56,647 nt of DNA from a virus. Its lineage: Duplodnaviria; Caudoviricetes. The translations under genes and the position numbers were made by a program. This document shows, one piece after another, positions 20,401 to 32,400 of the stretch. Within the stretch, counting starts at the first letter, position 1, and each line of letters begins with the position of its first letter. Location of the stretch: positions 1-56,647 of the IMG/VR virus record IMGVR_UViG_3300025759_014178. The stretch is one strand, 5' to 3'. A model generated the notes under the pieces. It saw nothing but the letters and a program-made list of their open reading frames with translations, was not told where the DNA came from and did not search any database.

Positions 20401-23400
20401 CATCCTGCTTGGATGAGATACGGGATGCGATGTCCCGAGGGGCTGCCCCTTGCTCGCCTGTCGGAGAATCAAGAAACTCTGCGATCTGAGGTAGCTGGTC
20501 AGCCACTTCACGGGCAGCAACTGCCGAAGTGGTGGAGTTTCTGTCGTCAATCGGTGAGTCAAACTCAATCACCACAATAGAATTTTCACCTACCCCTCCG
20601 GCTGCTTTGATGGTGCCGGGTTGGTTATTATCGCTAGGGGAGGTGACCCTTTTCCCTACCAAGTCTTTTTGAATCCTGCGAAGGTCTTTTGCGGGTAGGG
20701 CATCCGGCCTGAATCCAAGCCAAAATTTAAACCCTTCATCCGACAGCGTTCCAGATGGGTATAGAGGCTCCTCGAGATTGGACTCAGCCGCTCGATACAT
20801 CGCGGTCGCTACCCCGCGACGTCGGAACTCGGGCTTGACGAAGGTCTTGTAGGACATCCTCCTGCCGCGCTCATCCCATCCCCTGGAATGCAGGGCTAGT
20901 TGGCCTGCAAGATTCCTCCCCACGTAAGCACGATAGACATCATCCCCCATATCCTTTACTTGGATTCCATTTTCTTCGTAAACGACCGGCCTAGAGGCTG
21001 CGCTTTGGTCACCAGCCCTACCGGTGGTGTGCTTGAACCACTGTTCTGCGGTAGGCTCTTTCAAAGCGATCAGGACCTCACCGTCTCTAATCACGTTACC
21101 TTTGCCGAACACGGTCTCGATGAGTCCGCGGTAGTAGTTGAGCGATTCACCGACCTGAAATTGATCGCGATCACCCACCTGACCCTTTTCAGGAGCTCTG
21201 TAGATCGTAACGTAGAACTTCCCTCCGGGCTTGAGGGCATTCTCAGCTTGAAGAATAAGTCGCCGCTGGTTTGTCTTCTCGGGGATGAGGTTCAGGACGT
21301 TGTTGGTCACCACCACATCAGACTTTCCGTCAATCGCTTCCGCAAGTGCCTTTTTGACGTCGTCGGATCTTTCTTCCCACTGTGGGTCATAAGAGTAAAA
21401 CTGAGCTCCCATTTCCTCCACCGCGCTGTCGGCGTAACGAAAGGGTCCTGTCCCAATGTCGAGAACTTTTTGACCTGGTTTTATCAGGCCTTTGTCGCTC
21501 AGGTATCTGTATCCGGCTGGGATTCCTCCGGCATTGCCTCGCGCCGTGTCTTTAGACGAGAATCTCTGTTTTGGCTTGCCCCATAGGTCAATGGATCTCC
21601 GAGCCGCTCCCTGAGCTCTGTTTTCAATTTGGCGATCTTCTTCCGCTTTTCTTCCTGCCTCGAGGCGTCGATCAAGATCTTTGAGGGTCCACTCGACTGG
21701 TTTTTTGCGGTTTGGCTTTCCTCCTGCGAGGAGCCAGATTTGGGAGTTTGTGAGAGTAGCGACTGGGGAGAGTGCATGCTTTGATAGTAATTCAGATACG
21801 GCTTCAATTCCACCAATTTCACCTTCGCGGTAATAATCATCAATATACGTGAGGGCTTCGCTTGTTGGCTGAAGAACCCATCCAGGCCCATTTTGTGGGC
21901 TATTTGGAGAAGCTATCGCAACAGATGCCACCACGGTCCCTCCCTGCTCTTGAATGTAAGAGCGCATTGAGTTGAATGTAGAGCCCGAAGTGGAAACGTC
22001 GTCAACTAAGACGTATTCTTTTGTAGGATCAATTTCACCGCCATATTGAGGAACTCTGAAAAGTCTTTCCCACGCATTGGCTTTGGTATGATTTGCCTGA
22101 CCTACCTCGTGGAGGCTTTCCTCCATTGGCATCCCCGTCGTGTGGGAGATCCAAGCGGCCATCGCTTCTGGAATTGCGTTGGTGAAATTATTTTCTCGAC
22201 TGTTAGGAGTCGCAAGCACGGCACCTGGATAGAGACTTGCAAGCTCCTGAGCCTTCTCTGGTTTCATTACTTCCGTAACGATTTCCATAGCAGCATCAAG
22301 GTCACCTTTTTTGGCTCTTTCGTGACGGGCTTCCTTCTCTGATCCCTTCTTGCCTTTGAGCGCGACTAAGGTCGAGTGAGACTGGACCATAGGAAAATTC
22401 ATGGGCCAAGTTTGCATCTCGCGCTGAGCTGCGTTTTGACGTTTCGGTCTCGTCCGGAATACTTTAGTAAAATCCAATTCCCCTTCTTGACCTGTCATCT
22501 GGTCTCGGGCTTGGAGTTTATAATTGTCCGTAGAAATAACTTCGAAAGAACGACCTCCATGGTCGATCGACCGGATTGTATCTCCGCGTTTAAGATCTTT
22601 GCTGACGGCCCAGATCGAAAGTGCTGCGGTGGCTTCTTTAGGATTGTCAAACATCCCGATCACTTGCCTCTCGGGGCGCCCTACCTCTACATGCCACATG
22701 GTGTCCGGGTGCTTGGATAGGTGGACAAGTGCGCCTGACTTCCTGATGGCGTGCATCTGGTATTCGCTTCGGGCAAGTTGATCAGCTTCAAATCGCTGGG
22801 CGCTTGCTTGTAGGCCTTTTGGTTGGGTCGCTGCGTGCTGGAGAATGTGCTCAATGACTGGCACGGCCCACGAGTTTCCGGCCCCTGCATATTTATTCCC
22901 GTTGGCAACATCGGGAACATCGCTCAAATATTCATCTGGCAATCCCATCAAGCGAGCCGTTTCGGCCATCGAAAACTTTCTGTATTGCCCTTGTTTGTCT
23001 ACAAGCAGGTTTTTTGGATAACCTTTGTCCATCGACTTGACTAGGGCCATAGCCTTCGGGCGCCTGACGTCGGAGTGATTGGAATTGTTCCAACGAATTG
23101 TTCCATTGGCCTTAGGTTTGCTCATGAAGGCGTCGACCTTCGCCCGATTCCACAGCAAATCTTTTGAGGCCCGTGGTTGGATTACATGCTTCAGTTCAAC
23201 CCCAATGTCCATTGGTTGAGTCACTGAGATATTGGTCCAATAAAGCCGATCCCTGTTTGCTCCCGTGAGAAGATTGCCATTTATCCGAATTGGGGCCACG
23301 CCCAAGGCGCGGGTGATGATCGCCTCGTCCTCAGGCTTCATCCTGACGTTCTCGAGGAGGAAAAAGCGTGGTGCAGTTTTCTTCCAGAGACGCACATAAT

Positions 23401-26400
23401 CCCAGAACAGCTTTGAACGAGGGTCTTCCATACCCTTGCGCTTCCCTGCGCGTGAAAACCCTTGGCAGGGCGACCCTCCCCACAACAAATCGATTTTGGG
23501 GATTTCATCGCCTGTGACTTTAGTCACATCACCTAGTTCTTGAATGTCTGGGTGGTTGTGTTTTGCAATTGCGATTGCCGATTTCTCAATTTCAGAACCG
23601 TAGTAGTTATCGACCGGAACCGCTAGGTTTTTAAGCGCCTGTCGACCGGCCGCAATTCCATCAAACAATGACAAAACGTTCCAGCCGCCGTTTGGTCCGG
23701 ATCCCTTCGGCCATTGAATGTCGCCCGATACTTCAATTAGACGTCCGGCCCTGTCGCGGGTGTTCCCGAAGGCATCAGGTCGTCGATTGATGGACTGTCG
23801 GCGTGCAGCCGCTTGAAGATCGGGTAAACTTTGTTGAGCAGACTGTGTCCGTTCGGTTGCCTCAGTATCGACCTCACTACCGACCTGAGATGATTCCTGG
23901 TCGACGCGTGAGCCAGGTGCGATATCCACATTGCTTCCAAGTCGGAAATTGGCGCCGTCTCGGCCTGTTGGGGTTCCTTGGATGAATACTGCGTAGTCAT
24001 GGGAGTCATTTTGGTCTTGTTGGGAATCTACCCGTTGGAGAAACTGTTGTAGATCGGTTTCTGTGAAAATTGTCTCGAGGTCATCCGCGAGTTCATCAAT
24101 AATATTTAAGTTCTCAAGAGCCATTCTTGAGACGTTTTCTGTCAATTGATAGGTATAGTTTTCGCTGGCATCTCCAAACCCGCCATTGTGGGTAATCTCG
24201 TGGAGCATTGTCGTGACAGAATCGGTGGCGAATTTCCTAACGATGGTCCCGTATTGATCAAGTCCCAGGCGTTTGCTGTTTTCGATGGATCGGTTTAAAA
24301 TGATTGAAGGGTCGAGAGAAATTGCATACTCTTTTTCCCCAATGACATTTAAGTCTTGTTCGCCTACGTGAACCTTAGTTTTGTAGTTCACTCCGATTGC
24401 ATCTTGACCGATGTTCCAAGCGACTAGGTCTCCTTTTTCGGCGGCGTCAAAACCGTTATCCATCAAAACCGTTTGAACTCGCTTGAATGTAGCGGCCATT
24501 TTGGCAAACAGTTGGTTTGACGGCTCGTGGTTGACAATCTCTTGCGCCAGTTCAGAATTGCTCCCTGAAACGTCTACGACCCGGATATTCCGGACGCTTG
24601 GAAGTGTCATTGTTGGCGATGCGTCCCAACGGGACTTGAGCGCCTTATTCTTGGACACCATGGCGTCCTGTTCGTAGTTCTTGTAGAACGATTCATTACG
24701 GCCTATTGCAACACCGTGAAAATTGTCTCTGCCGGCTGTGAAGGGGTAATCGTCATGTGTGGCATCGACATTAGGATGAACATCGATAACGAGTTTTTCG
24801 GGTAGTTGGACTTGCGCTGTAATGTCGGCAATTGTCGAAAACTGCCATATTCCTCGGTTGAGAACTTGTATAACAAGACGATTGCTGGAAACCAGATTTT
24901 CAGATCGGTAAATTTTGTAGTTTGCCTCTAGCGCGTTGACCTGCTTGATGAACTCAAGATCTTGTGAAGTGTTCTTGAGTCTTTTAATGGCTTTTCGCCC
25001 TTCAGGAGTTTTCTCAGTAAGATCATCTACAGAAAGACCGGCACCAGTTGTCCCTATTTCAAATTCGGTGCCTGTTGTGTCGTTTTCAGAAATCAATTCA
25101 AAAGTTTTCTCTGCCATAGAGAAATCAAATTGGACGCTGTCGTCGATCGTTGATCTAACCCGAGTGTAGGTAGTAGGTTTTCCGGTGACGTAGACGGAAT
25201 CCTCCATTTCAGATGAAAGATATTTTTTAAGCGCCTCTCCAAGCTTTATATCTTCTTCTGCTACACTGAATCCAAAGTTTGAAAAATATGCTTGTTCTGG
25301 CGATCTGCCGATGAAGCCTGCAAAATCGTCACCTTTGTTAAAATAGCCCTTTAGAACAACGCCGTTCCATTCTTCATCTACACTGACCGGTTCTTGATTC
25401 AACGGTCTCAAACCAGCCTCTGGAAATTTTTCAGCCCAGTGGTCGTAGATTTTCTTTTGCAGCGGCGGTGGAAGCTGGCCTATGAGGCCTTTAAAAGTCC
25501 TTGAAATATCGCTTAATCCAGACGCATTCGAATCCTTCGTAAACGCAGAAAACCTATCAATAAATTTTTGGTCTACATCTGCAAAAACGTCGATTTGGTT
25601 TTCAATGTAACTGCGATATTCTGCCACTGAACTTTTAAGAGCATCAGCGCTCCCATGATACCTATCATCACCAACCCAAGAACGGACCCAGTCATCAAGA
25701 TAGCCTGAAATTTGGCTTTCCTCATCATTGATAATTGAAGCTATTTCTTCAATGGATTCTTCATTTTGAAACACCTCTGGTAAATTTGGAATCAATTCAG
25801 GAGATACTTCTAGTCTGACTTGATAGCCGGCGTGCTTGAACCGTATGCCTTCAGGAAAGGCATTACCAGTTGGGAGATATTTGCCTGTGAGTTCGGCATT
25901 AGTTTGGTTAAACCACTCGCTTTCTATTTTGACTTCTTCGGGCTCGAGCGCCTCGCTTGGCTCAAAATTCCTTTCGGTCAAAATCCGAACGCCGTTTGGA
26001 TCTTCATTTATGGTGTTTTCCCAATTTTGGGCATCACCAGTCATGATAGTTTTTGACCAGGATCCATCCCGCTCTTGGTAAACGGTCTCGACTTCAAATT
26101 GCTTGGAGTTTCCAAAAATGACAGCTTTTGCAAGTCCGTAGCCGCCGGCGCCGTCAGTCTCTTTAAATGATTTGGTAATGTCGACCAAGGCGCTGGCCAC
26201 AACTTCGGGCGGCATACCGTGGCCAGTATCAGTTACTTCGATAACACGGTTTTCTGGGTCGAGAAATAACGTGACCTTTTGGTCTTGTGGGCGCTGACCT
26301 TTTGCGATTTGTGGTCGAATAGCGTCGAGAGAGTTCTGAAGGAGCTCTCTGACGATCACCGTCCCCATATCCTGACTGTAAATCTTTCCTCGAGCTACAT

Positions 26401-29400
26401 CTATGATGTCGGATTTCTTCGAAGTAATCAACGGTTTGACCTCTTCAAAGCCTGCCCGTTTTGCGGCCCACTGAAGCGGGTCACGGCGCTTTCTTGCGAC
26501 TCCCCCAAACATACCGTAGACGGGCTTAGCATCAAATACCATTGCGTGGACGGTGTCCATTTCGTTTACTTGGTCCATGCCAGGAAAGTAAGTCGTCGCA
26601 TCCATTATGATGCCGTCATACCCCATCCGGCGCAGCCCGAGCCCCAACAGGAATCCACCTACACCTGGACCTACCGGAATCATGCTGTCGGTGCGCGACC
26701 AAGATTCCGGCGTCATTGGATGCAACCCGAAGACTCTCTGGGCAATTTCGGTCATCGTCATTGAGCCATATTCGCTCAGTTGCAGCTTGGCCTGTTGAAT
26801 CCCATCCCTGAGCTCGGCTATTCCTATCTCGCCAAATTCAATCAAGGTCTCCTCGGCGGTGAAGGAGTCGCGGAGCTCATCTAAAATCCCATTAAAAAGT
26901 TCGGCAATCTCGCCTGATTCGCGAGGGTCATAGTTGGTCTCAAAAGCCATCTCCTGAGCAGCTTCATTGATCTCGTCTTCTTTTTCGCTTTTTACGTAAT
27001 TCTCGAAAGTTCCCAAGTCAGGATAAAGCTCTAAAGCGTCTTCGTATTCCTGCCGCAAATCGGCTTCGTTTTCGAGAATGAGTTTATTTAAAGCATCTTC
27101 TTTGTAAGCGTCTACCTCGTAGTCGATTTCAAAAGTCCACCGGGGCTGATCAACCTCGTATGGCATAATCTGGAACCATTTTTTCCCGTGAAGATAGACT
27201 GGCGTAATCCTTGGGGCATGTTCTACCTCCATGATTTCCTGCGCCTTTAGCATTGCTGTCTCTATATCGAGCCCCTCTTCCTCTGCAATTCTGTCTGCCA
27301 ACTGAACCTGTATTTCTTCGCCGGCCCCATCAGGGTGATTGTCGTAATCGGCATACGCGGAAGCGTCACCAACGTTATTTGTGAAGTAAACCCCAGGCCC
27401 AAGAAAACTACTTGGCCGGCTTGGTATGGAAAACAGGTCGTCGTCAAAGTGGCCGCGATAAAAAGCAACTGGAGTGCCGTCAGGGTTTTTAGTTAAAGGA
27501 TGAGAGTCAGACCAAATTTGAGTTAATTCTTCTGGGTCCTCGCGAAGGGCTGCGTTCTGGATAGGCACCTCGTCGTCGTCCCAGTATTCCTCGCTGTATT
27601 TGGGGAAGTAGTCGTCGATCAACTCATACTCGACCGCTTTCTGGTAGAACCCCTCGGCATCTGCGACGATGTCGGCAACTTCAATCTTCGCATCCCCTCC
27701 CAGTTCACTCCTGAGCCATGCCAGCATGTCCATCCCGGTTACACCGGTCCCGTAACGGAAGACGCCAGTGATGACCGCATCCACATCAGGATCATGATCC
27801 ATGCTGCGGATATTGGCAGGATCCTCAGTCCAGGTGAGATCGTTCTTATCGCCCTCACCCCACTTGGCGTGCTTGTATCCGGTTGGAATATACAGATCAG
27901 TGTCTAGGTCGTCCCCTGTCAGAATTGTGCGAGGATTCGGAAAATTTCGCGGTGCAGCCCCCTGATCTGGGCCAAAGCGATCGGTCGGAAACGGCTGATC
28001 GATTTTCCGAGAACTTCTTTCTACATCCCTTGCTGGTGCGCTTAAATCTTCGGTTCGCTGATTGCGACCCCTAATTTTCGCGGCTTTGTCGAGTTGTTGC
28101 TGAATCGTCTTTTCGGCTTCCTTAGCAATGTTTTCAACTGCTCTCAAATTGAGTCCAAGTTCTTTTCCTATCCGAGTGCTGGAAAACCCTTTGCCTTTTC
28201 GCTCCATTACTTGGCGCTGCTTAGTCGGGAGGGTCTTAACTATGTCGTCTTTAATAATTTCGCCATACCTCCATGCTTCGGCCTCAGACTGAGCGTTATA
28301 GGACAGGATCTTTTCTATTAAATTTGGTCGGATAGTTCCAGGCCGCCCTTCTGCGGGAACCTTTAATTTGTCCAAAAGGTTTTCAATTTCTTGCTGAGCA
28401 GCTTGAATGGCCTCTTCTGCAAAATTCTGACCGCCTTTCTGGGCTGCTTTTTTCAACCCGCGATCAGCGGCTGTGATAAGCTCTTGAACCGACACTCCTG
28501 TTTGGCGGTATTGGGCTGCTACCATCAACGAAATTCCTGATTCGCGAAGATACTCAATCCGATCCTTTGGCGTCTTAATAGTATCGGGGGCTTTTTCTTC
28601 CGCGAACAGGTTCAATGCACCAGACTCTATCTGATTCATTGCTTCAATCGTGTAATCCCGGATGTCCTCAATTTGACGCCTGATGTCTGGATCAAGGTTT
28701 GGATCCTGCAACGAAAAACCAATTGCTTCTGCAAGACTCTCAAGTAACTCGAGGAGCTTGTCCCACATATTTTTGGGCGGCAGCAGCGCCACTGACACTT
28801 GTCCGGTTCGAGCTTGCTCGATAACCATGTTAAGATACTCGTGTCCCATGTAGACCGGATCAAGCATACGCTCAGCCATCTCTCGGTATTGTTCAGGCCA
28901 TTCTTCAATCGGGACAGAGGTAAGGTCGATCCCGTCCTGACGCATCGCCTTGTCGTAAGTGTAACTAAAATACGCTTGGCCTACTGTGTCTTTTGTCTCT
29001 TGGCTAAGTGCCTCGTAAATTTCAGCTACTCTTTCGTCACCGCCTACACTGCGGAGTAACCATCTGACAATATTGTGTGTTGTTTCTTCCGCCATCACCC
29101 CGTCGACAAAGTCAATGGCTTCTTGGATAGATCCTCCTTCCGCGATTCCACTAAGGGCCGCTCGAATGATGTTGGCTGGGTCAACGCGAAGATTTCCAGT
29201 TTGAGTCACCGCCGCTGGTGAAGCCATTCCTTTCATGACTTCCACGTTTCTAAACGCCCCTTCCAGGGCTTTAGTTCGCTGGGCAAGTCGCTCCATTAGC
29301 ATGTAGGCAACGTTTGCAACTTCCTGCTCGGTCAAGTTTGGAAACGATCTTCCTAAAGAGCGCACAACATCCTCTACAATTTGAGGGCCGGCCTGCCTAA

Positions 29401-32400
29401 ACTTGGCCTCACCTGGACCTTGTTGGCCTTGACCAATTCGGAACATGCGAGGGTCATAATCTGGGATCTGACCGACTGTTTCGTCGACCGGAGTATCCTG
29501 TGCTTCTTGTTGCAGTCGCTCTTGTTCTGCAAAGCGATCGCTGGGCAATGGAATCGTTTCTTGTAGTTCGGGCGTTGGGAGTTCACCCATCCGGCCGTCT
29601 TCAATACGTTTGACGGTCTCATCTCTCGACATCTCCACAAGCGCGGCCTGTGCTGGAGCATTTTCAGTTGCCCATTCTATGATTTCTTTATTTACTACCG
29701 GCACCCCTTTGAAATCTTCAATAGCAGGACCAACTCCCAGTTCCTCGTTACCGTTTCGAACTAAGTCCCAGTCGGAATCAGAAAGATATTCGGATCGTCC
29801 TTGGGCAATCTTAGTAGCAATGTTTGCCTGTTGAATCCGAACCCGCTGTGCTCGAAGTTCATTGAGGGCTTTTTCGGCTTCAGCCGCAGCAACAAAACCG
29901 CCAGATTTCTCAGCTTCGAAGAATTGCTTTTCGGCGGTCGCAATGTCCTCATCGATTTGAGCAAGTTGTTCTGCGTTTTCTCTTGTGGCGATAACCTGTC
30001 GGCCCATGCGGCGACCGGCATCTTGCCCTTGCAGCGCCAGTGCGGCCGTCAAAGCCATTTCGGCTTCGCGAGTCTGTGGAGAATCCCAGCCATACGTTTC
30101 AGTGGCGCTTTCTAGCTCCTTTCGCATGACCGCGACAGACTTTCCTCCTGGTTTCGCGGCTTCGCGTGAACCACCGTAAGTAGCGTTGATTTCATCAACT
30201 TCTTCTTGCGTGGGTGGCGCCGACCCATCAGGCATGTTCTCGTAAATAGCTTCCGCAGCATCTTCTCCCTGCAAAGCCTCGAGTTTTGCTTCGGTGGCAC
30301 GAGTAGCTGCATCGATCAAAACGTCTTGACGCCTTTTGGCCTTTCTGAACTTACGACCCAGCATCAAGTTCTCAATGATAGTTGAGCCAAGGCCCATCAA
30401 ACCACCAATCGCGGTTTCTTCGACGATTTGAGTGCCATCTTCGGCAATTCTCTCATTAAACCTTTCTACAAATGAGCGCCCGAGATCTGGGCCGTAGTCG
30501 ACTCCTCCAGCTTCAACCCTTCCTGGGGTAGGAAGAGTAAGTTCGCTTACCGTTACGTTTCCAACGGCCACAAGCCCTTCTTGCCCCCCTTCCGCCAGTG
30601 TGTTTGCAAGAGCGCTGTTAAACTTGCGCCAAAACGTAGGCGGCACTTTGGTCATGTCGACCATTTTGAAAATTCTTTCGATCGGCAAGCCCTCGGTGTA
30701 GCCCAGCCCCATGTAGCCGATCATCGTAAGAATGGATTTTTGAATATTGACCTGTTCGTCAAAATCCAAGTCAGGGTCTGCCGCAGCTCTTTCGGCGGCC
30801 ATTTCAAGTTGCCGAAATCCCTCAGTTGAGTTCACCATTGCTCCCTGAAAGCCTATGAGGCCTAACGGGTGGCTGCCAGCAAAACTAGACTTAGGTCCAA
30901 AACGAAAAATCTTTTCTTCTGGAGACGCTCTTCGAATAAAATTTGATCCCCGCATCGCTCCGGACCTCAAAAGGGACGCCCTGCCAATTAAACCTCCAGC
31001 CCAAAATCCACCCATAGAGCCAAGTCCGGTCATTCCATGAGCAAAGTAGTTTCGATCGTTCAATGGGTTTGTGCCACTTTGCACACCTTCCTCAACCGCT
31101 TCCGCCCACCTTACAAGCGGGTTGTTTTCAATGTCTTCACCAATTACTGCTGAAATGTAATCAAGCTCTTTACCAATTTGCTTTTGAGCATCGGTCGAAA
31201 GTTTTTTGTAAGATTGGCTGTCTTGAAACACTTCCAAAGCTTTTCGATATTGAACAGCGTTGATTTTTTGGGGCGGCATCCACTCTCCGGTTTGCTGGTT
31301 TTTTCCGCCGCCTACCTCGGCTCGCCTAATCGTGTCCTCAGTCCAAATATTGTATTCTTTGCCATGCTCGACATATTTTTCTGAAGGCCGTCTTACCAAT
31401 TCGTTAATCGAGTCTCCTGGTCCCATCATGTGACCAAGAGTCAAAACTCCTTTGGCTGGAAACATATTGACGGCACCAGAAAGAATCCTGATCGGCGCGT
31501 CTGAAAACCCTTTTGGATTAAACCCTTCTCGGCGAGCCTCTTCTCGGACCATGTCCTGAAGTTTCTTCTCCTGCTCGAGGCTAAGTTCCAAATCTCGGCG
31601 CTCTACAAGTTGAATGTTCTCGCCATACATGCCAGCCATCTCGCCGACCACCACTTCACCAAAGAGCTTTTCCGCAAGGCGGTTTTTGAGTTGCTCCTCA
31701 TAAGACAACATCATCATGATCTTGTCTCGGTAGTCGAGAACTGTCATGGGATCTAACATGACTAAGCCGCCATTTTGCTTACGATATTCGTCCAGCGCTT
31801 CCATGTAATCGGTCGAGATGGGCGTATCTGATACGTTTTCTTTTACCCACTCGTCGATAAACGGTTCCAAAGCTTCTGGTTGTTCCAACGACATCCCAGC
31901 TTTCCGAGCTAAATCGATTACTTGAGAGAAGTCACCGCCGCCAGCAAACGCTGCATTTCTGAGGCCCAGGATCTGGTCTTGTAGTTCATTTCTCTCTCTG
32001 CCAAGTCCACCTGGTCCGTAGATTTCGTCGACTTTCTGTTTGTAAAGTCGTTCTCCCTCAACTTCATCAAGAGTCCCAGCAGCGACTTGATTGAATATGT
32101 CTTGAACTCCAGACTTTTTAAATAGCTCTTCGTTGCGCCGTTTGAACTTCTCTATCAAAGCAGACGTAGCTGCGATTTTTTCTGGAGTAATTTGCAACTC
32201 TTCGACGGCAAATTCTGAAGCTTGGCCTCCGCTCAAAACAGCCCTTGTGTCCTCAAGAAACGAAGTCACTATTTCGGGATCAACTCCCACTGGGGCTTTG
32301 TAATCTTCAAACGGGTCAAACGCTGAAGTTTTGAAAATGCCTTCCCCCATCTCCAATCGCAATCTAGGATCTTCGACAACTTTAATTTCTCTTCCGGCTG

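Noticed and set aside
17597-27964. QxAAxR sites as DNA repeats, CRISPR-like array or recombination sites
   Set aside because: Nucleotide sequences differ at synonymous positions and spacing is irregular (about 370-2660 bp); conservation is at the peptide level
28025-28050. LSAPAR and other near-matches to the tag (QKTAAR, QHAATQ, DAAAQR)
   Set aside because: They lack one or more consensus positions and some lie inside domains; not counted
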